NCBI GenBank assembly: GCA_951406725.2
Contig: OX597828.1
Span: forward strand, 8,308,001-8,372,000
Source of the DNA: Octopus vulgaris
Lineage: Eukaryota
Direction: 5' to 3'
DNA: 64,000 bases
The notes below the pieces were generated by a model. That model had not been told where the DNA came from. It ran no database searches and saw only the letters and a program-made list of their open reading frames with translations. The translations under genes and the position numbers were made by a program. This document shows, piece by piece, positions 55,190-64,000 of this stretch. The first letter of the stretch is position 1. Each line of letters starts with the position of its first letter.

Positions 55190-55474
55190 TACGTACACAA
55201 ATACAGAATGCGAGAGAGGAAGGGAGAGTTATATCTGATAGCTCATTTTTGTGGAACCTAGACCATAAACGTTATCTATTCCAGTGTAATTCGAAGTCCC
55301 TTGACTACTGGAGATAAACTCGGACAATGGTTGCACTCGTGATGTCTGTTGAGTCAGAAAATGAATCGGTGACTGCGAGTGTGTGTGTGTGTGTGTGTGT
55401 GTATGGATAGATATAGAGCTAGATTGATACACACATACACACACATATATATATATATAAATACGCGCGCACAC

Positions 55475-55550
<76 letters not shown>

Positions 55551-55867
55551 GGCTTAGCCTTCTATTCTCATTGGTGTTGCCTTACAAATAAACATGGGAT
55601 TTCCGTTGGCAACACTTCGGTGCTGATAACTCACCGTTTAAAACAGAGGAGCTTAGTAAATCTGAACCGCAAGACTTGTGACATCTTAGGAAGAGTCACA
55701 TAAAAATTATACGCCTTCTATTTCTCTTTCTAATATCATTCCAAGTAAACCTTTATGTATTCCCGTTACCTGTTACATACATACATTCTATGTATTTATG
55801 TATTCCGTATGTACATATGTATGTATGTACGTATGTACGTACGTATGTATGCATGTATGTTTGTATG

Positions 55868-55900
<33 letters not shown>

Positions 55901-55940
55901 GTCTATCTATATAGCTGTGTGTCTATCTATCTATCAATCA

Positions 55941-56023
<83 letters not shown>

Positions 56024-56110
56024 AATCAATCTATCTATCTATCTATCTTTGTACCTATCTTTGTATCTATCTGTGTACACTCTATATATAGATAAATAGA
56101 TAGATAGAAA
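55868..56110. repeat. (TATC)n array
   Basis: Direct reading. Confidence 0.95.
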
Positions 56111-57508
56111 TATAAACAGATAGATAGCTATGTCTGTGTTTGTCTGCGTGTTTGTGTATGTATCTGTGTATGTTTGTGCGTATTACGGAATCTTGCTTGG
56201 TATAATATCGGCCATGAGAAAGCGCCAAAAACCAGTATCAATATTCGGAACTTAAAAGCGATTCGCCAACATCTATCCTGACTCATATGTTCACTTTCAA
56301 TTCACCCTTTTTGTCAATGATCCACGTTACCGTGTCCTGGTTATATATTAATATTAAAGAACCGGCGTGTAATGTCCGCGCAAGCGTTCGATAATAGGCA
56401 AACGGTCCTGAACGGCGACCTCAAGAGCAAAAGCTAGAACAATAAAAGTGGAATAAACCATAAAATGACAGAAATGTTTTCAACCAGACTAACATTTCCT
56501 TCCATTTATTTCTCAACTCTGCACTTCCTGTTACGAAGAGCTATACTCGAAACGTAATATTTGTACTTTTAATTTTTCGTCTGAACTTTCACCTAACGAG
56601 AAACTCATATATTTATTGTCTACGTTCGTTTGACAGATTTTCTTTTTGTCCTTAAAGATGCCGTTCGTCACTGAATTCCCTATATATTCATATACGGTTA
56701 AAGAGAAACGCTTCCTTGCTCTAATCACCGGTATTTTAAAAAATATGTTTATCCAAATACGAGATATATAGACACACTCCCAAATACATACACACACATA
56801 TACATACATACATACATACATACATACATACATACATACATACATACATACATACATACATACATACATACATACATACATACATACATACAGACAGACA
56901 GACAGACAGACACACACACACACACATACATACATACATAAATGCATACATACATACATACATATATAAAGACAAACTTTCATTCAGCTCTTTTATGCAT
57001 TGTGTGTGTGTTTGTGTGTGTGCGTTTGTGTGCGTGTGTATGAGCTGTGTATGTGTATGTGCATGAGATTATGTGTGCATGTGTGTGTGTGTGTTGAGCC
57101 AAACAACCTAAGCATATGAAGGATCACAAACGAAGAATCTGTTAGATCATTCTTGCACTGAATATCATCCGGTGATTCATATATCTTTTTTAACATATAT
57201 TTCATATTTACGGTCAGAATTACCCATACTCAAGATCATCTTTTTACTAATAAAGATGTAAAAGTCGTCAGACTCTCGAATTGATAATCGGCCGCTAAAA
57301 TTAGAATTTCAAAAGATTTGTTTTAGAATTCACCTAACAAAGCGAACCGAACTTAAGATGTGCCAGCGTTACATAAATACTCTACCACACCTATTTCCCG
57401 TTCTAACCTGATTGTTTCAAATAGTTTGTGACTTCAACTCACCTTGAATATACATACATTCATATAAACACACTTACACTAATGTCGATATACATATTTA
57501 TATGTATG

Positions 57509-57581
<73 letters not shown>

Positions 57582-57584
57582 GTA

Positions 57585-57634
<50 letters not shown>

Positions 57635-57637
57635 TAC

Positions 57638-57670
<33 letters not shown>

Positions 57671-57702
57671 ATATATATATATATGGAAAAATATATATAT
57701 AA

Positions 57703-57765
<63 letters not shown>

Positions 57766-57954
57766 TATATATATATGCACATATATATAAATGCACACAC
57801 ACACGCGCGCACACACACACGCACACACACAAACACACATTTATTGTGTTTTGCGACGCAAAAACATGCATTTCCAATGGACAATCGTTATATAAGTATG
57901 TTTTGCGTTTGTGTGTCTGTATACATGGAAAGAACGAGCGACCGAAACAGAGAG

Positions 57955-58030
57955 AGATAGATTAATACATATATAGATAGTCAGATAGATAGATAAGTAG
58001 ACTGATAGGTATATATATATATATATATAT

Positions 58031-58089
<59 letters not shown>

Positions 58090-58207
58090 TTGATAGATAT
58101 TGATAGATAGATAGATAGATAGATAGATATAGATAGATAGATAGATAGATAGATAGCTAGATAGATAGATAGATAGATAGATTGATAGATAGATAGATTG
58201 ATAGATT

Positions 58208-58278
<71 letters not shown>
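57955..58278. repeat. (GATA)n array
   Basis: Direct reading. Confidence 0.95.
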
Positions 58279-59564
58279 GTAAAGTCTTGTGCGTTTGTAG
58301 GGCCTTTTGTTCCTGGGACTAAACACAGTATCAGTAAGAACGTATATTTTGTTCTTTATTTCAACAAACAACCGACAGAGACTTGGCCAGTTGCAGCTTT
58401 GTCAGTCAGGTATTGAATTCATCTTAATTAGCAAACATCCATAAAACGGATTTATTCTTTAATTCAACTTTGCCACCAACTATGTAGTATATATTGATTT
58501 CTTTTTTCAAATTTCTATTTTTTCTTTCTCTCTTAGCTTTATTTCACGCTCCTTCAAACAGAGAAAACTATTTCTCTACGGTGCAGTTCGTTTGACGTAA
58601 ATCAGTTGAGGTTATTTCTTTCTGCTGTAGTTCTTTACTTTCCCACTCCCCCCATTCTATTACGGATGGCAATTTATAATGTAGATTGTGTTATTTTCAG
58701 TCTCGAACACACATTTCTTCTGCAATTCTAATTCACTGAAATAAAAACTAATCAAAGAAATAATAACAGGTAGAAAAAAAAAGGAAGAAAAATCCCTCGA
58801 AAAAATATAAAAAAAGAAATAAACAGTCCAAAATTAAATAAGCAATATGGAGAAGAATTGATCTGAATGATTGAGATACAGAATGGGTGAGACTGAATAA
58901 GCAACAGAAAGGGATTCAGAAAGAGAATGGGGTTGAGAGAAAGAAAAGAAGAAAAAGAATAGAGAGACAAATAGAGATGGCGAGACGGGGAGAGAAAAAG
59001 AAATGAGGGAAATAGAATGAAAGAATTAGAGGTATTCTCAAATAAAAGAGATGTAGTGTGAGGGAATTCGGGAAGTCTCTGTAAAGATGGTGGAATATGA
59101 GATGGCGTAGGCAAAAGTTTGAGAACGCAAATAAATTTGGCAAAGGAAAAAGTTATAAAAGATGCGAGAAAGAAATGAAAATGTTGCCTTATATCCATAG
59201 ACTTGAACGAGAAGCAACGAATTCCTGTTGGTAACGAGAAAACCGTGTCCATATTTCTGGTTGAAACTATTTCACCCGACTCAAGCAGTTGAGGGACTTT
59301 ATGAATATCATAAGTTCTTATCTACTCATATATAAGAAATACTCAAATCCAGTTTTTTTGAGAAGTCAGCTTCATGAAACAGACATGTTCAAACGATATT
59401 ATCGCCGCAAACATTGTGTGTATATAATGCTGCGTATCTGGAATACTATTTCCCTTGTTATTTGAAACTATTTCTTCCTACATGAAGCAGCTTGTGGGAT
59501 CAGGAAGAAATACCTACTTAGCATTATCAAGGAACATAGACATGAGATGAGATATAGTTCATAA

Positions 59565-59724
59565 GCATGGCTGAGTGGTAAGAAGCTTGCTTCCCAACCA
59601 CATTGTTCCGGGTTCAGTCTCACTGCGTGGCACCTTGGGCAATTGTCTTCTACTATATCCTCGGGCCGACCAAAAGCTTGTGAGTGGATTCGCTAGGCGG
59701 AAATTGAAAGAAGCCTCTCACATA

Positions 59725-59818
<94 letters not shown>

Positions 59819-59902
59819 TGTGTGTGTGAGTGTCTGTGTGTGTTTTGTCCCCCAGTACTACCACAGCCAAATGAGTGAAACATGAAAAAGAGAATAAAAG
59901 AA
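59565..59902 (+). mobile_element. SINE family A variant
   Basis: TGGCTGAGTGGTAAGAAGCTTGCTTCCCAACCAC..GGTTCAGT..CTTGGGCAA. Confidence 0.85.
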
Positions 59903-60087
59903 TGCTAAGTGAGACGGCTTTAGTTCGTTTACCTAAAATTGCATTGGCTGATAGGCCTGTTTATTTGGTTTCGATTGCATTTCAAGTGGATATCAGGGTA
60001 TCAAAAATGTATATTGCTACCTGATATAGTCATACCATCCATTTTAGTGGCTTACCGTTTCAGATTTCATACAGTCAGTGTATTTGT

Positions 60088-60375
60088 GGAGGCACATTGC
60101 CTAGTGGTTAAAGCAGAGATCGTGGGTTCGAATCTCAGACCGGGCGATATGTGTGTTTATGAGCGAAACACCTAAGCCCCACGCAGCTCCGGCAGAAGGT
60201 AATGGCGAAACTTCTGCTGACTCTTTCACCACAACTTTCTCTCACTCTTTCCTCCTGCATCTTGCAGCTCACCTGCGACGGACCGGCGTCCCGTCCAGGT
60301 GGGGAACCTATACGCCAAGAAACCGGGAAACCGGCCCTTATGAGCCAGGCATGGCTCGAGAAAGAAAAACCAACC
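60088..60375 (+). mobile_element. tRNA-derived SINE family C with V-domain-like tail
   Basis: A box TGCCTAGTGG, B box GGTTCGAATC; collinear with 26435-26712. Confidence 0.88.
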
Positions 60376-62399
60376 AATCAGTGTATTTGTTCAAGTATAT
60401 ATGTAACTGTATTTATGAATTTTATACACATACATGTATATATAAAGACATACAAATCTATATATACACATCCATTTATGTATGAATATATCTGTGCATA
60501 TATGTACGTATGCATATATATATATAAGAATATGTATTCACTGTTTATATGTAAGTTTGTATAATATTTTCTTGAAAATTGTAGAGTGGAGATAGTATTT
60601 CTTGATGCAGATCAGGTGATTCACACCAGACATAGGTCAAAATCGATGGCTTCAAATGCAGATATCAGCTTCCAAATTCGATGAATTTGAAATATTGAAA
60701 TAAAAGATAAAGATAATAATATACTAATGCACAAAATTATGTTGAACAAATTTCAAATCGCATCATTCTGTGAACTGATAAATAAAGTACATTTATGAAA
60801 TTAACAGATGTTGCTTTCATTACAGAAATCCCGATAAATTGAGAGATGGATAGTAGCAAAAGAAATGCCGTATGAGTTTTGCCATTAATAATGGGGGAAG
60901 AGAAATGTGAAATCGACTGATATCGTAAGAAAACAAAGGAGTGAGACTAAAAGATTGCTAGAAATGCGAGAATTAGCCACTAAATCTCTAAATCTTCTGG
61001 GGAAGAAATATAATTAAATTGCACCCATAAAAATAAAAGCTTGTTTATTGAGATCGGTGTCTGAATGTTATTGTCGGTACTAGCGGGGTTTGAAATAGTA
61101 ATATTAAGGGTTGGACTTAAATACAACATGAAATTTATTTAAACACTTATGATACAGACTTCGTTTGGCTTGACCGAATTTGAATGTTGTCTAAATAAAA
61201 ATCGTAATATTCTTGCTTTTCCATTATCATTGTTTTCATAATTCTAGTGAAATAACTTGTAATGAATCCTCAAATTCTTATACTACAATTGTCGTTTCGG
61301 CCCAGGCGAGCCATGATTGGGTAAGTGTATGACGAAAAATTCAACCCAAAGTTATGGAACATTTTAAATCGGATCATGCTAGAAGATGGTGGACTACCGT
61401 AGATTTAGTGATATTTCGCTACTATTTCTGGTAAAACAACTGGCAAGATAAGGGATTTCTCATTGAATTTGTACTACAAACGAAAGGGCTCTGTAGATAT
61501 CTCCCGGATTCTACAACGTTTGTAGTAATGCTACTATATTTCATCGTGGCACTTCGGTCCTACACTTTAGGACATTGAACAAAATGAGTCACATAATGTA
61601 AGGCTAATACAAATGTAACTGGAATGTACATATAGTGAAATAGCTTAAATTGACCATGAGAACAATGTTATGAGCTTTGTTAGTAGTACAGGACTTAAAC
61701 ATAGTTAAGCAATAAAATAATAGTTTCATTGTCCTAGATACAAAGGTTTTTTTTAGTGAGTGAAATGCTTTCCTAGTACATGCTAGGTCGAAAAGTAAAC
61801 TGTCTTGAACTCTTATATGAAGTAACGTAAACTTTTTAAAATAGCAGGGAGTTTTTGCCCCCAAATGTCCCTTGCTTGAACTGATAGCGAAATTTACTTA
61901 CTTTCATACTTCTGATAATGAATGACTTAAAGAGATGAGAAAATTAAACGTTTGGACACTTATATACAAAAAGTCGAGGTGATTACACTTGAAAGTTTTT
62001 GGCTAAATGTCTGCTCCGTTTCCTGTCGATTTAGCTGTTCGTTAAAAGCATATAACAATTAAATTACACCCCACCCAGCATATTCCATTTAACTTCATTT
62101 GCTAAGGTAATTTTATAATGAATGTTATTTATTTTTAAGTTTAATGAACGTGTATCCCATTCTTAATTTTGTATGTGTGTGTACTTTGGTGTATGTGATT
62201 TTTTTCTTTATGTATGGGTTTGTGAGTAAATAAGGGAAAACTTTGGAGAATTCCGGACATTTTGGAATCTCTGTTATGTCTATTTGAGATTTGTATCTAT
62301 TCTTTTTACAAACTACTTAATAATTTAAAGCATTATCTTTTCAACTTTGATAAAAATAACATGTTTTTGATAGAATTAATGACTTAACTCATAAGTTAC

Positions 62400-62570
62400 G
62401 GGTTTCAAATTTTGACACAAAGCCAGCAATTACAGGTGAAAGTGTTAGTCGATTATATCGATCCTACTGCTCAACTGGTGCTCATTTTGAACTCAAAACG
62501 TAAAACCGAACGAAATGCCGGTAAAGACTTTTACCTGGGTTGATAACGACTCTGTCAGTTTACCGCCTGA
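62400..62570 (-). mobile_element. SINE family B with internal deletion
   Basis: GTCGATTATATCGA..GCTCAACTGGT..TTTGAACTCA..ACGAAATGCCG. Confidence 0.75.
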
Positions 62571-63649
62571 GTTTCTTCATTAATTACTGTAAATAATTCA
62601 ATATAATGAAATACGAGTTCAGATAATTATGCTGTTCAGAAATTTTAGATGTATTACAGGAATCTTTTCTTACGCACAATTTTTGGCTATAATAAATTTA
62701 TGGTACCCTATATCAATCATTGATAATATTTTCAGGTATTGGTGTACTTCTGATTTCTGATTCTTTTCCAGTTTTCCTTATCTATTCCAGTTATTTTTTT
62801 TTTTTCGTAACTTTAATTTTACCTTTGATATTTTACCATGATATTTTTTAAGCTCTATATTGGATAATGAGAATACTGATTTTTCATTTAAATTCCTTGC
62901 TTCCTTAATGAATCTTCTTTCTAATCTCATCCAGTTATGCAATAGAGCTGTCAACCATGTGATATTGATAATTTACATTAAGTAAATGGCACTTGATGAT
63001 TTGACACATCATTCCTAAAATAGGTCTACAGCCGGATAAAACTATGAAATTGATTTTATACCATCAAAACTGGCCCTACGTGATCACCCAACTGGATAGA
63101 AATAGCAACAAAATATTCTTTCATTACACTATAGCGTCTTACATATAGCTACATTGTGTAACGTAATACTAGCTGCACAACAGTACAACAACAGCTGCTA
63201 CTAACGCCTATAGGGCAAAAGGGAATAGTAAACAAGACAAATTGAAACCAAATACGGTACGCTATTTGATTTAACCTTAAACACTCACCAAAGTCTCACA
63301 GAAGTTTTCAATGAGTCTTATGAAAGGATATAGGACGAGCTATTGTTAACACTTCCCCGTTTTAACACAATCACCCCCAGTAAAAGTTTTGTAAAGAATT
63401 GTGTAAAATAAGATGATAGTAAATGATAGTAAATGTTGTTCTACGATTTAAAATACTATAATTTGGATTGCTATTATGCTGATTTTCTGTGAAGAGAGAG
63501 AAAAAGAATTCACACAGACACATTTTGTGAATTTCCTCCACGCTGTAATTAGTTCTATCGTTAATGATATGTTTCATATCATAAAATGTTTAATTAATAA
63601 GTCGTACCTGATATCAAGCTGATGGTTTCTGAAAAAGAATGAAATAGTA

Positions 63650-63731
<82 letters not shown>

Positions 63732-64000
63732 CAGAGCTTCGTAATATGTAAAGGAATAAATAAATATATGAATTCTAAGAATCTTTAGCAGTATAATTCT
63801 TTAATTTCTAATATTCTTTACCGAAACAAAACTGGATGAACCATAAGTAGTTCAACGGTTCGTATTACATTATTGGTGTTTACAATCTCTAATGACTTGA
63901 CTCTTAACATCACAATTCTATATATATATTATGATTAGGGACACAGATCGCTAGAAACAATAGGCAGTCCATTTCGTTAACTTCTTGAATTTTGTTGAAA

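Noticed and set aside
55271-55320. Short hairpin as a possible pre-miRNA
   Set aside because: The stem is too short and bulged, and matches no miRNA I recognise.
56190-56730. CpG-containing unique block as a possible exon
   Set aside because: No convincing reading frame or splice-site pair.
60088-60140. tRNA-like sequence with A and B boxes
   Set aside because: It is a SINE head with no complete cloverleaf; the same applies to the other SINE heads.
61472-61527. 11-bp inverted repeat TACTACAAACG/CGTTTGTAGTA
   Set aside because: Too short to distinguish from chance or a tiny MITE relic.

Overview
Eukaryotic, very AT-rich, microsatellite-saturated non-coding DNA. The interspersed repeats (tRNA-derived SINEs with CORE-, V- and Meta-like domains; RTE and Dong/R4 LINE remnants; mariner/maT relics) look like those of an octopus genome; this is an inference from remembered repeat sequences. 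No intact host protein-coding exon could be supported: almost all long ORFs are translations of (TA)n, (TAA)n, (GAA)n, (TG)n or (TAGA)n arrays, and the rest are decayed transposon ORFs. Most notable structure: (1) several Penelope-type hammerhead-ribozyme-like motifs, including one with an intact core and a 57-nt stem-II domain (859-946, minus) and an inverted pair with a covarying A3-U8 core (9581-9826); (2) an RTE LINE inserted in (TA)n with a twin-priming-type 5' inversion (6961-7800); (3) a near-perfect 376-bp-arm palindrome around a TTA/TAA/GAT spacer (35390-36298); (4) five Dong/R4 fragments and a ~550-bp non-coding repeat family, both associated with TAA-type repeats; (5) an RTE-5'UTR-derived element with an HDV-like ribozyme-shaped 5' end (52250-52800); (6) a TIR element with an 8-bp target-site duplication (46746-47223). 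All folds and family assignments were made by eye.
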